Both the position numbers and the translations under genes were made by a program. Shown here piece by piece: positions 49,469 to 58,848 of a DNA stretch of 64,000 bases. How positions within the stretch are numbered: the first letter of the stretch is position 1; each line of letters begins with the position of its first letter. Source of the stretch: Paludibacteraceae bacterium (GTDB taxonomy: Bacteria > Bacteroidota > Bacteroidia > Bacteroidales > Paludibacteraceae). The notes below the pieces were generated by a model. It was not told where the DNA came from, ran no database searches, and was given only the letters and a program-made list of their open reading frames with translations. The DNA lies in contig CAXXCL010000001.1 of NCBI GenBank assembly GCA_963668615.2, positions 233,521-297,520 of the forward strand, read 5' to 3'.

Positions 49469-50533
49469 ATGCCGATAGAAAATACGGAAGACATCGAGGA
49501 AGAACTTTTTTCGGACAATTTAGATAATTCCGAACAGGAAGTTTACGAGCATTATCGGTTTGTAAGTGATAATGGGCAAAGTCTGACGCGTATTGATAAA
49601 TTCTTGGCAGACAGAATAACCAATGCCTCTCGCACTAAAATACAAACAGCTGCAGAAGCAGGTAACATATTAGCAAACGGAATAGCGGTAAAGGCCAACT
49701 ACCGAGTGAAGCCCAATGATGTTATCACCATTGTAATGGCTTATCCTCCGAGAGAAGTCGAAATTATCCCACAGGACATCCCGATAGACATCGTCTACGA
49801 AGATGCGGATTTGCTAATAGTTAACAAATCTGCGGGAATGGTTGTTCATCCCGGACACGGAAATTATGATCAAACATTAGTCAATGCTTTGGCATTTCAT
49901 TTTCGCAATAGTCCCGATTACAAGGTAGAAGACCCACGCTTCGGCTTGGTTCATCGAATAGATAAAGACACTTCTGGCCTTTTAGTTATAGCAAAAAATG
50001 AATATGCAAAAATGTTCCTTGCCAAACAGTTTTTCGACAAAACAACTGAACGTGTTTATAATGCACTCGTTTGGGGAAATTTCGAAGAAAAACGAGGTAC
50101 TATTATCGGCAATATAGGTAGAAGCCCAAAAGATAGAATGCAAATGGCGGTATTTCCTGATGGAGAAATGGGAAAACATGCTGTCACTCATTACATTGTT
50201 TTGGAAGATTTCAATTATGTTTCCCTCATCGAATGCCACTTGGAAACAGGAAGGACGCACCAAATTCGTGCTCATATGAAGCATATTGGTCATCCACTAT
50301 TTAATGATGAGCGATACGGTGGAAATGAAATATTAAAAGGAACAACATTTACTAAATATAAGCAGTTTATCAATAATTGTTTTGAAATTTGTCCACGACA
50401 AGCCTTACATGCCAAAACATTGGGATTTGTGCATCCTACAACCAAAGAAAGAATGTTTTTCAATTCTGAAATTCCCGATGACATGTCCCTATTAATCGAA
50501 AAATGGAGAAATTACACAGAATTTGCAAAGTAA
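49469..50533 (+). CDS. rluD: RluA-family 23S rRNA pseudouridine synthase (RluD-like)
   Basis: 354-aa ORF with an S4-like N-terminal domain, the catalytic HRIDKDTSGLL and GRTHQIRAH. Confidence 0.88.
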   Translation: MPIENTEDIEEELFSDNLDNSEQEVYEHYRFVSDNGQSLTRIDKFLADRITNASRTKIQTAAEAGNILANGIAVKANYRVKPNDVITIVMAYPPREVEIIPQDIPIDIVYEDADLLIVNKSAGMVVHPGHGNYDQTLVNALAFHFRNSPDYKVEDPRFGLVHRIDKDTSGLLVIAKNEYAKMFLAKQFFDKTTERVYNALVWGNFEEKRGTIIGNIGRSPKDRMQMAVFPDGEMGKHAVTHYIVLEDFNYVSLIECHLETGRTHQIRAHMKHIGHPLFNDERYGGNEILKGTTFTKYKQFINNCFEICPRQALHAKTLGFVHPTTKERMFFNSEIPDDMSLLIEKWRNYTEFAK

Positions 50534-50563
50534 TACTCGACAATAACACAATAACTTTAACCG

Positions 50564-51226
50564 ATGAAAAAAATAGCATCAACCTTCGTAGCTTTATTTG
50601 CTTTAAGCACCCTATCAAAAGCATATACACTGACCGGAAACATTGTCGACAAACAAGGCAATGGCATCGATAGCATTTTACTCAACACAAACAAAACAAA
50701 AGATGTTGCCTTAACTGATAAAAAGGGATACTTTAGTATTGATGGAATAGAAGCAGAAGACACCCTTATATTCAAGAAAAGTGCTACGAAAATTGTTAGA
50801 ATTCCAATTAATGGAATGAAAAAGACGAAAATAATTTTGGGAGAAAAGGTAGAGATTGAGGAATTTGTGAATGAAAAATTAGACATCATTTTTCAAAATT
50901 TAGAAAATAGAGAAAGTACAGTCTCTGCAGATGTTTTTACAAATGACCGTTTACTTGCTACAAAAGAACCCAATTTGGAAGAAGCTCTGTTAAAGCTAAG
51001 TTCTTCTCTTATGCGTAATAAAAACGGGAAACTTGCTATATCCGAAACACTGTCAGCTACCGAAGAAGAAAATCCATTATTTGTTGTTAATGGAGAACCG
51101 ATCTCTTCTATCAAAGACATTGCCATAAATACCGTGAAGGTCGTGGAAATCCTGAAAGACCCGACCTCATGTGCCATTTATGGAGAAAAAGGCACTTATG
51201 GGGTTATTTTAATAAATTTGAAATAA
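50564..51226 (+). CDS. Secreted carboxypeptidase-regulatory-like domain protein ending in a TonB-receptor plug-like N-terminal motif
   Basis: 220-aa ORF with a signal peptide and a CarboxypepD_reg-like YTLTGNIVDKQGNGIDSILL. The C-terminal NPLFVVNGEPISSIKDIAINTVKVVEILKDPTSCAIYGEKGTYGVILINLK resembles the start of SusC/TonB receptor plugs. Confidence 0.55.
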   Translation: MKKIASTFVALFALSTLSKAYTLTGNIVDKQGNGIDSILLNTNKTKDVALTDKKGYFSIDGIEAEDTLIFKKSATKIVRIPINGMKKTKIILGEKVEIEEFVNEKLDIIFQNLENRESTVSADVFTNDRLLATKEPNLEEALLKLSSSLMRNKNGKLAISETLSATEEENPLFVVNGEPISSIKDIAINTVKVVEILKDPTSCAIYGEKGTYGVILINLK

Positions 51227-51253
51227 CCGTCTTTTTTATTCAATTGTATTATT

Positions 51254-51261
51254 TATCTTTG
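51254..51261 (+). promoter_or_regulatory. Putative -7 box TATCTTTG for pyrE
   Basis: TAnnTTTG match 25 nt upstream of the ATG. Confidence 0.45.
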
Positions 51262-51285
51262 TAACCAACACCAAAACCTATAACG

Positions 51286-51918
51286 ATGGAAAGTTTAGAA
51301 ATGCAAATAGCCGCTAGGCTATTAAAAATCAAAGCAATAAAGCTACAACCTGCAAATCCGTTCACGTGGGCTTCAGGATGGAAATCTCCCATCTATTGCG
51401 ATAACCGCAAAACGTTGTCGTATCCCGATCTTCGCAACTTTATCAAATTAGAAATAGCCCGTATTATCTTGGAAAAATATCCTGAAACAGAGGCTATTGC
51501 AGGAGTTGCCACCGGAGCAATCGCTCAAGGAGCGATGGTAGCCAACGAATTAAATTTACCTTTTGTATATATTCGTTCGTCAAAAAAAGACCACGGTTTA
51601 GAAAATCTTATCGAAGGAGATTTGCGTCCGGGACAAAAAGTGGTGGTAATTGAAGACCTAATATCAACTGGAGCAAGTAGTTTAAAAGCGGTGGAAGCTA
51701 TTCGCAAAGACGGATGTGAAGTGTTGGGTATGCTTGCTATCTTCACCTATGGATTTCCAATTGCAGAAGACCAATTTAAAGATGAAAAAGTCGAATTGAC
51801 AACACTTTCAAACTATGAATCTGTTTTGAAATTAGCACTACAAACTAATTACATCAAAGAATCTGACATCAAGGCATTGCAAGAATGGAGAAAAGATCCT
51901 GCTAATTGGCAAAAATAA
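51286..51918 (+). CDS. pyrE: Orotate phosphoribosyltransferase
   Basis: 210-aa ORF with FTWASGWKSPIYCDNR and the PRPP motif VVVIEDLISTGASS. Confidence 0.93.
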   Translation: MESLEMQIAARLLKIKAIKLQPANPFTWASGWKSPIYCDNRKTLSYPDLRNFIKLEIARIILEKYPETEAIAGVATGAIAQGAMVANELNLPFVYIRSSKKDHGLENLIEGDLRPGQKVVVIEDLISTGASSLKAVEAIRKDGCEVLGMLAIFTYGFPIAEDQFKDEKVELTTLSNYESVLKLALQTNYIKESDIKALQEWRKDPANWQK

Positions 51919-51931
51919 AACCAACTACTGA

Positions 51932-52342
51932 ATGACGACATTTGAAAGCAAGACTGAAAGTATTTCAGCATCAAGTAAAGATATTTTTATAAAACTCTCA
52001 AACCTTGAAAATTTACAGGAAATAACCGAAAAAATTAACGATGATAGAGTAAAAAATATCAAATTAACTCCCGACACTTGTTATTTTCACGTAGACCCAA
52101 TTGGCGAAGTAGGTATTAAGGCAATCGAAAAAACGGAATTTAAATCAATAAAATTCGAATCAGACAAATCGCCTGTTGTTTTCAATATTTGGATAGAATT
52201 AGAAGAAGTTTCTTCATCTGAAACAAACGTAAAAGTCGTATTAAAAGCCGATTTACCAATGATGTTAAAAATGATGGTGAGTGATCCCATCAACAAATTC
52301 ATTAATATATTAGCCTCTTCATTGACAAAAATTTCTTACTGA
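51932..52342 (+). CDS. Small conserved hypothetical protein (possibly SRPBCC/START-like fold)
   Basis: 136-aa ORF between pyrE and argH. The fold assignment is from memory of similar Bacteroidota contexts only. Confidence 0.45.
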   Translation: MTTFESKTESISASSKDIFIKLSNLENLQEITEKINDDRVKNIKLTPDTCYFHVDPIGEVGIKAIEKTEFKSIKFESDKSPVVFNIWIELEEVSSSETNVKVVLKADLPMMLKMMVSDPINKFINILASSLTKISY

Positions 52343-52343
52343 A

Positions 52344-53681
52344 ATGGCAAAAAAACTTTGGGAAAAGAGCACCCAAATAAACGCTGAAATCGAAAGATTT
52401 ACTATTGGAAAAGATAGAGAAATGGATATGTACCTCGCAAAATACGATGTACTAGGTTCCATTGCTCATATCATCATGCTCGAAAGTATCGGATTACTTT
52501 CCAAAAAAGAATTGGACTTGTTGTGCAAAGCCCTCAAGGAAATTTATATTGATATCGAAAAGAATAACTTTTCTATCAACGAAGACGTAGAAGATATTCA
52601 TTCTCAAGTAGAGCTTCTCCTCACAGAGAAATTAGGTGACATAGGAAAAAAAATACATAGCGGACGTTCTCGTAACGACCAAGTGTTACTTGATTTAAAA
52701 CTGTTTACCCGTGCTAAAATAGAAGAAATCACCCTCGAAATAGAAGGACTCTTTCAAACATTGATTGCACAAAGTAATCGTTATAAAGGCGTATTAATGC
52801 CGGGGTATACGCACTTGCAAATAGCCATGCCATCGTCCTTTGGTTTGTGGTTTGGAGCATATGCAGAAAGTCTCGTTGACGACATGCAATTGCTTCTTAG
52901 TGCATACAAAATTTGCAACCGCAACCCACTTGGTTCAGCAGCAGGCTATGGTTCGTCGTTCCCCCTTAACAGACAAATGACAACTGATTTATTGGGATTT
53001 GACAACATGAATTACAATGTCATTTATGCACAAATGGGACGTGGAAAAATGGAACGTACCGTTGCCAATGCATTAGCCTCAGTGGCGGCCACTATTTCGA
53101 AATTAGCTTTTGATAGTTGTATGTTTACAAGCCAAAATTTCGGTTTTTTAAAATTGGCAGATGAATTTACAACAGGTTCCAGCATCATGCCTCACAAGAA
53201 AAATCCTGATGTTTTTGAACTAACTCGTTCAAAATGCAACAAAATACAAGGCATTCCTCAACAGATAATGTTAATAACCAACAATTTACCCTCGGGATAT
53301 TTCCGTGACTTACAAATCCTAAAAGAAATATTTTTACCTATGTTTGATGAACTAAAGGATTGCATCAAAATGACTCATTACATCATCGAAAGAGTAAAAA
53401 TCAACGAAAATATTTTTGACGATAAAAAATACACACCCATTTTCAGTGTCGAAGAAGTGAACAGGCAAGTATTATCAGGAATTCCTTTCAGAGATGCATA
53501 CAAAAATGTCGGATTAGCTATAGAAGAAGGATGTTTCAATCCAGACACGAAAATCAATCATACGCACGAAGGTAGTATAGGAAACCTTTGTAACGAAAAA
53601 GTTGAAAACCTAATGGCGGATATTATTAGGCAATTTGATTTTCAAAAAGTAGAAAATGCAGAAAACAATCTGCTCAAATAA
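52344..53681 (+). CDS. argH: Argininosuccinate lyase
   Basis: 445-aa ORF with SGRSRNDQV, the GYTHLQIAMP fumarate-lyase signature and SSIMPHKKNPD. Confidence 0.94.
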   Translation: MAKKLWEKSTQINAEIERFTIGKDREMDMYLAKYDVLGSIAHIIMLESIGLLSKKELDLLCKALKEIYIDIEKNNFSINEDVEDIHSQVELLLTEKLGDIGKKIHSGRSRNDQVLLDLKLFTRAKIEEITLEIEGLFQTLIAQSNRYKGVLMPGYTHLQIAMPSSFGLWFGAYAESLVDDMQLLLSAYKICNRNPLGSAAGYGSSFPLNRQMTTDLLGFDNMNYNVIYAQMGRGKMERTVANALASVAATISKLAFDSCMFTSQNFGFLKLADEFTTGSSIMPHKKNPDVFELTRSKCNKIQGIPQQIMLITNNLPSGYFRDLQILKEIFLPMFDELKDCIKMTHYIIERVKINENIFDDKKYTPIFSVEEVNRQVLSGIPFRDAYKNVGLAIEEGCFNPDTKINHTHEGSIGNLCNEKVENLMADIIRQFDFQKVENAENNLLK

Positions 53682-53692
53682 TCACTTACACT

Positions 53693-54463
53693 ATGTTTTT
53701 TAATTCTATTGTTTTCGGTCCCATAAAAAGCAGAAGATTAGGTACTTCTCTGGGGGTTAATTTACTCCCCGACAATGCAAAACTTTGCTCATTTGACTGT
53801 GTCTATTGTGAATGCGGTTTGAATGATAATAGTATAAAAAAAGACCCGATTCCTACACGCACCGAGGTAAAAACAGCTTTAAATCAAGCATTACAAGAAT
53901 TAAAGTCTCAAAATAAACCTATTGACACCATTACTTTTGCAGGAAATGGAGAGCCAACTATGCACCCGGAATTTAAAGAGATTATAGAGGACACCATTAT
54001 TCTTCGCAACCAATATGCAAGTGGTGCTGTCATTTCGGTTTTATCAAATGCGTGGCATATCTCAAATCCCAATATTTTTTCTGCCTTACGCAAAATTGAT
54101 AATAATATTCTAAAGCTTGATAGTGCGATAAAAGAAACCATTATCGTTATAAATCAACCGAACAATACAAACTTTGAAGTTGAAGATATTATCAAAAATC
54201 TCACCAAATTCAATGGAGAATGCATTATCCAAACACTTTTCGTTCGGGGGTACTACAATGGCAAAAAAATCGACAATACAACCGAAGAAGAAATCGAAGC
54301 ATGGCTAAACGCCCTAAAAATAATACAGCCGAAACAAGTCATGATTTATGCAATAGACAGAGCTACTCCTGTTAAAACATTGGAAAAAATACCGTTGGAA
54401 GAACTAAAATCTATTGCTACAAGAGGTAAAAAACTCGGTTTTGACATGACCGTCTCTGCATGA
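53693..54463 (+). CDS. Radical SAM protein
   Basis: 256-aa ORF with a CSFDCVYCEC (CxxxCxxC) cluster motif near the N-terminus and GNGEPT. Confidence 0.8.
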   Translation: MFFNSIVFGPIKSRRLGTSLGVNLLPDNAKLCSFDCVYCECGLNDNSIKKDPIPTRTEVKTALNQALQELKSQNKPIDTITFAGNGEPTMHPEFKEIIEDTIILRNQYASGAVISVLSNAWHISNPNIFSALRKIDNNILKLDSAIKETIIVINQPNNTNFEVEDIIKNLTKFNGECIIQTLFVRGYYNGKKIDNTTEEEIEAWLNALKIIQPKQVMIYAIDRATPVKTLEKIPLEELKSIATRGKKLGFDMTVSA

Positions 54464-55527
54464 AACCTTCAAAGCGAATATTGATTTGTCCTCTCAATTG
54501 GGGATTAGGTCACGCTTCTCGTTGCATACCTATTATTCGATATTTATTAAACAATGGACATGATGTAATCATTGCCTCGTGTGGCGTTTCAGGCGAATTG
54601 TTACGACAAGAATTTCCGTTATTACAACATGTCAATTTCCCTTCTTTTCGGGTAAGATACAGTCAAAGAAACACACAAATATTTGCTATCCTGGGTTGCC
54701 TTCCGAATATCATAGAGGTTTCAATCAAAGAACATTTTCAACTAAAAAAATTGGTTAAACAATGGAATATTGACATGGTTATTTCCGACAACAGATTTGG
54801 CTTATGGAACCAACGGATAACTTCGGTCTATATAACGCACCAATTAATGGTAAAAATGCCAAAATCAGTTCAATTCATGGAGCCTATTATTTCGCGGTTT
54901 CATCGATTTGTCATTGAAAAATATGATTATTGCCTTATTCCGGATTTCTCGGACAAAGAAAATTCGATTGCCGGTGATTTAACACACAAATACAAACTGC
55001 CATCAAACGCAAATTTTATTGGTACAATATCACGTTTTAATAAAAATTCAGAAGACATATTAAGAAAAGAAAAATACAAATCAGATATTCTAATCATCCT
55101 ATCAGGGATTGAACCTCAAAGGAGTATTTTAGAAAAGGAATTGATCCGAGAAATACAGAAAACAAATCTTTCTACTGTATTGATCCAAGGAATTTTTAGC
55201 CCCCCAAAAAACATTCGGACAGAAAATAATATAACAATCATCTCCCATGAAACTCAAGATGAGATAGAACAACGTTTAGCCAATGCAGAAACAATTATTT
55301 GCCGTTCCGGCTATAGCAACCTCATGGATTTAATTTCCTTGCAGAAATCCGCAATAATAATACCGACACCCGGACAAACAGAACAAGAATACTTGGCCGA
55401 TTACCTTTCTAAAAAGGATTTTTTTGTTTCTCAATACCAGGACGAAATTAATATTGAGGAAGGAATTAGAAACCTATCTTCAAAAAAAATAATGATTCCG
55501 AGAGAACCTCTCAAATTACCTTTCTAA
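54460..55527 (+). CDS. Glycosyltransferase (MurG/GT28 C-terminal-domain-like)
   Basis: 355-aa ORF with NWGLGHASRCIPI at the N-terminus and CRSGYSNLMDLISLQKSAIIIPTPGQTEQEYLA at the C-terminus. Its start overlaps the radical SAM stop (ATGA). Confidence 0.7.
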   Translation: MKPSKRILICPLNWGLGHASRCIPIIRYLLNNGHDVIIASCGVSGELLRQEFPLLQHVNFPSFRVRYSQRNTQIFAILGCLPNIIEVSIKEHFQLKKLVKQWNIDMVISDNRFGLWNQRITSVYITHQLMVKMPKSVQFMEPIISRFHRFVIEKYDYCLIPDFSDKENSIAGDLTHKYKLPSNANFIGTISRFNKNSEDILRKEKYKSDILIILSGIEPQRSILEKELIREIQKTNLSTVLIQGIFSPPKNIRTENNITIISHETQDEIEQRLANAETIICRSGYSNLMDLISLQKSAIIIPTPGQTEQEYLADYLSKKDFFVSQYQDEINIEEGIRNLSSKKIMIPREPLKLPF

Positions 55528-55534
55528 AAAACCT

Positions 55535-56191
55535 CTATATTTTTTGCCCATAAGCCAAATCTCCTGCATCTCCCAAACCGGGCACAATGTAGGAATGTTC
55601 GTTTAACTCAGGATCGATAGCCGCTACCCATAGTGTAATGTTAGTTTCATTTGCAAAATTCTTTTCCAAATAGTCAATTGCATTTTGACTTGCAATAATG
55701 GTCGCAAAATGTATTTCTTTGGGTAATCCTTTTGTTTTTAGAGCATGAAAAGCCAATTCCATCGAAGAACCAGTAGCCAACATTGGATCGCCTAAAATAA
55801 GCGTCTTCCCATCTAAATTAGGAGAAGCGATATATTCAATAAAAACTTCAAATTTTAAGGCATCTTTATACTTTCTATAAGCTGATATAAAAGCATTTTC
55901 TGCCATATCAAAATAAGAAAGAAGTCCTTGATGGAAAGGTAACCCCGCACGAAAGATAGTACCCAAAACAATTTCGTCATCAAATGTATGAATAGGGGCA
56001 ACTCCCAATGGAGTTACAACGTTTTTGGAGGAATAACTTAATGATTTGCTTATTTCATAGGCCATGACCTCTCCTATTCTTTCAATGTTACGTCTAAACT
56101 TTAATCGGTCCTTCTGAATTTCAACTGAACGTATCTGTTCCAAAAAACTATTTAGTACAGAATTATTTTCTGAAAGATTATGAACTATCAT
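55535..56191 (-). CDS. upp: Uracil phosphoribosyltransferase
   Basis: 218-aa ORF with the LGDPMLATGSS PRPP motif and YIVPGLGDAGDLAYG. Confidence 0.92.
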   Translation of the reverse strand: MIVHNLSENNSVLNSFLEQIRSVEIQKDRLKFRRNIERIGEVMAYEISKSLSYSSKNVVTPLGVAPIHTFDDEIVLGTIFRAGLPFHQGLLSYFDMAENAFISAYRKYKDALKFEVFIEYIASPNLDGKTLILGDPMLATGSSMELAFHALKTKGLPKEIHFATIIASQNAIDYLEKNFANETNITLWVAAIDPELNEHSYIVPGLGDAGDLAYGQKI

Positions 56192-56203
56192 ATTACATAT
56201 TTT

Positions 56204-57553
56204 TTATCTTGACTTTTCTAAAGCGTCCTCTTTGTCATATATCTCTAACAAAGAAATATAGCGAATTGCTTTTTGGTATTGCTCCCTCCAACCTCTCCAA
56301 AAATTGTCATCGGAAAGCGATTCATTATGAAAAAGGGAGACAAATTCACCATTAACCTTTTTTATTTTTTCTGCATATTCAGACATAATATCGAAAAGTT
56401 CCTCACTATTTTTGCCCATATACTTTTTAAGAGTCACATCCATAATTACCAAAGGGTGCAATTTCAAAGAAGAAATTCTATCTTGGGTCAAATCATAAAA
56501 ATAGAAAGGAGTACTTGTACTCGCTCTAAACCCTGTATAATGGGAGTACCCAAGTGAATAATCACTAGTTATCCCTATTTGTTCCAACATTCGAAAACTT
56601 TGAGGAAACGAAAATTTAAGGAAATGAAACCTATTCATCTGAACTTTCACTTTGGTCAAATTTTCCAACCTCCTTTTCTCTTGGATGAGTTTTTTTATAT
56701 TCAAATCAACACTATACGAAGGATGGAAACCAACGATAAGAGTGCGATAAAAAATCCTTTTGATTCTGTAGTACGGATGATAAAAAGAGTACCCATCATA
56801 CTTACCTCTAGGACCGACATGAAGAAAAAAGACAGGTATTACTCCATTTTTATTATGTATATCAACAATATAACTAACATTAAAAAAAGGATCCTCCTCT
56901 AAATGCAACAAAACTCTCAATTGGAATCTAAAACCAGGCCAATTCCCCTTAAAAAGCTTCTGTGCCATTCTGAAGAGATTGACACACAAAAATTTAGATC
57001 TAAATTTATAGACATGGTCGATATCAACTGTTGGGCAAAAACGGAAACGAGATTTTTCTTTCGTCTTAAAATCAGAAAATTTCTTGACCAATAAACCCTC
57101 GAGTAAATAAGCCCATTGATCAACTAGTGGTTCATCTAAGAAATTATTTCTAAAAGCTAAACTATTTTCAGCCTTATACCTTCCATGCTCATCCAAATCG
57201 AAATTTTCATATTCTTCGTATCTGGTAATCAAATAAAAAGCGGCAGAAAACATATCAAAAGGTAAATCAAAATCAGGGGAAGACGCTTTAAAAAATATCT
57301 TAGTATTACTCCACTCAGTAACCTCTGGAAAAATTTCTCTTATACCTTTCGAAAATAGTAAACCATTGGGTTCAATAGTAAATGCATTTGGAACTTTTTG
57401 TGCTCGACTATAACAAATAACTGGAATTACACTTTCCTCTGCGACCTCAATTTTGTTCGTAAAAGAGACCTCCACCTTGAGAATATCCCGAAAAATATGT
57501 TCAAAGATGTACTTTACGCGAGGTGTATATTTTTCTGTATAAACCAGTACCAT
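56204..57553 (-). CDS. Polysaccharide-deacetylase-like conserved protein
   Basis: The ORF is taken from the internal ATG giving MVLVYTEKYTPRVKYIFEHIF, an N-terminus I recall in Bacteroidota proteins annotated this way. The track start at 57601 would overlap radC. Confidence 0.5.
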   Translation of the reverse strand: MVLVYTEKYTPRVKYIFEHIFRDILKVEVSFTNKIEVAEESVIPVICYSRAQKVPNAFTIEPNGLLFSKGIREIFPEVTEWSNTKIFFKASSPDFDLPFDMFSAAFYLITRYEEYENFDLDEHGRYKAENSLAFRNNFLDEPLVDQWAYLLEGLLVKKFSDFKTKEKSRFRFCPTVDIDHVYKFRSKFLCVNLFRMAQKLFKGNWPGFRFQLRVLLHLEEDPFFNVSYIVDIHNKNGVIPVFFLHVGPRGKYDGYSFYHPYYRIKRIFYRTLIVGFHPSYSVDLNIKKLIQEKRRLENLTKVKVQMNRFHFLKFSFPQSFRMLEQIGITSDYSLGYSHYTGFRASTSTPFYFYDLTQDRISSLKLHPLVIMDVTLKKYMGKNSEELFDIMSEYAEKIKKVNGEFVSLFHNESLSDDNFWRGWREQYQKAIRYISLLEIYDKEDALEKSR

Positions 57554-57560
57554 ATAAATT

Positions 57561-58259
57561 CTACAATAAATTTTGGTCAGCAAAACTAAAATAACTTTCA
57601 CCTGATATTATGATGTGATCCAATACAGCTATATCGAAAAGTTTAGCTCCTTCTCTAATCTTATCAGTTATCATTTTATCTTCCTTGCTAGGAGCATTTG
57701 TACCTGATGGATGATTATGACACAAAATCAAAGCCGAAGCCGTATACTGGATGGCATATTTGAAAATAATGCGGCAATCTACAACCGTCTGAGAAACACC
57801 TCCGCTTGAAACCTTCATTTTAGCCATCACCTTGTTTCCTCTATTCAAGAGCAAAATCCAAAACTCTTCATGCGGCAAATCAGACAAAATCGGATAAAAA
57901 AATTCCGCAACCTGCTGACTTGATTGTATCGAACTTTGCACCGAAAGGGTTGTCTTTTTTCTCCTTCTTCCTAGCTCTAAAGCTGCTACAATACTAATTG
58001 CCTTTGCATCCCCAATACCTTTTACCTCTTTGGTCAATTCCTTAACAGTAAATTTACTCAACTCATTTAAATCATTATGAGCCTGCAACAACAATTTTTT
58101 TCCTAATTCAACGGCTGTTTCGTTGCGAGTTCCCGAGCCAATAATAATAGCAATAAGTTCAGCGTCTGTAAGAGAAAAAATTCCTTTTTGTAATAATTTC
58201 TCCCTCGGCCTATCCTCTTCCGACCATTGCTTAATGCTAAGATTTTTATTTTGTAACAT
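57561..58259 (-). CDS. radC: RadC-family JAB-domain protein
   Basis: 232-aa ORF with an HhH region and the JAMM-like motif LILCHNHPSG. Confidence 0.9.
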   Translation of the reverse strand: MLQNKNLSIKQWSEEDRPREKLLQKGIFSLTDAELIAIIIGSGTRNETAVELGKKLLLQAHNDLNELSKFTVKELTKEVKGIGDAKAISIVAALELGRRRKKTTLSVQSSIQSSQQVAEFFYPILSDLPHEEFWILLLNRGNKVMAKMKVSSGGVSQTVVDCRIIFKYAIQYTASALILCHNHPSGTNAPSKEDKMITDKIREGAKLFDIAVLDHIIISGESYFSFADQNLL

Positions 58260-58320
58260 TTACTTTCAAAAATACATTTTTTAAGATATAGAACAAAATA
58301 TTATTAATTATTTCGTATAA

Positions 58321-58360
58321 TAAAACAAAAAAGGCTTCTCTGAAATTCAGAAAGCCTTTT
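58321..58360 (-). terminator. Rho-independent terminator of rpsT
   Basis: On the minus strand, GGCTTTCTGAA-t-TTCAGAGAAGCC (one bulge) is followed by TTTTTTGTTTT. Confidence 0.65.
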
Positions 58361-58384
58361 CCATTAATTTTAAAAAACAAAATA

Positions 58385-58639
58385 TTAATCCAACTTATTC
58401 ACGCGCAAAGCTAACTTTGATTTCAAATTATTAGCTTTATTCTTATGAATGATACTTTTCTTTGCTAACTTATCCAACATTGCAATAACCGTAGGCAACA
58501 AAGCTTGTGCTTCTTCTTTCTGACGCATAGAACGCAAAGTTCTTACGGCATTACGAGCTGTTTTAGCATAATACTTATTATGCAACCTTCTTTTTTCGGT
58601 CTGTCGAATTCTTTTTTCTGATGATTTATGATTTGCCAT
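58385..58639 (-). CDS. rpsT: 30S ribosomal protein S20
   Basis: [24 protein letters not shown] is the classic S20 start. The upstream in-frame ATG at 58648 is an alternative. Confidence 0.92.
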   Translation of the reverse strand: MANHKSSEKRIRQTEKRRLHNKYYAKTARNAVRTLRSMRQKEEAQALLPTVIAMLDKLAKKSIIHKNKANNLKSKLALRVNKLD

Positions 58640-58665
58640 CTTTTTCAAATAAATTATAAACTTTG

Positions 58666-58737
58666 TAGCCCCTAGGGGAATCGAACCCCTCTTTCAAGAA
58701 TGAAAATCTTGCGTCCTAACCGATAGACGAAGGGGCC
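58666..58737 (-). tRNA. tRNA-Glu (anticodon TTC)
   Basis: Hand-folded as GGCCCCT-TC-GTC..GAC, anticodon arm CAAGA-TTTTCAT-TCTTG, T arm AGGGG-TTCGATT-CCCCT and acceptor 3' strand AGGGGCT. It is very similar to E. coli tRNA-Glu. Confidence 0.88.
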
Positions 58738-58780
58738 ATCGGTGCAACCTATCAGAGGACGTAATCCCCAATTGCGGGTG

Positions 58781-58788
58781 CAAATATA
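58781..58788 (-). promoter_or_regulatory. Putative -7 box (TATATTTG) for tRNA-Glu (and probably rpsT)
   Basis: The reverse complement of caaatata matches TAnnTTTG. It lies 44 nt upstream of the tRNA 5' end. Confidence 0.45.
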
Positions 58789-58848
58789 CGCCTCTTTTTC
58801 ATTTCTGCAAAATTTTATTTGCTTTTTTTAAAAAATATATAAAGAGCT

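Noticed and set aside
58267-58274. TAnnTTTG match (minus strand) only 8 nt upstream of the radC ATG, which might imply a leaderless mRNA.
   Set aside because: The spacing is too short to be confident it is a functional -7 box, and such A/T-rich octamers occur by chance in this genome.
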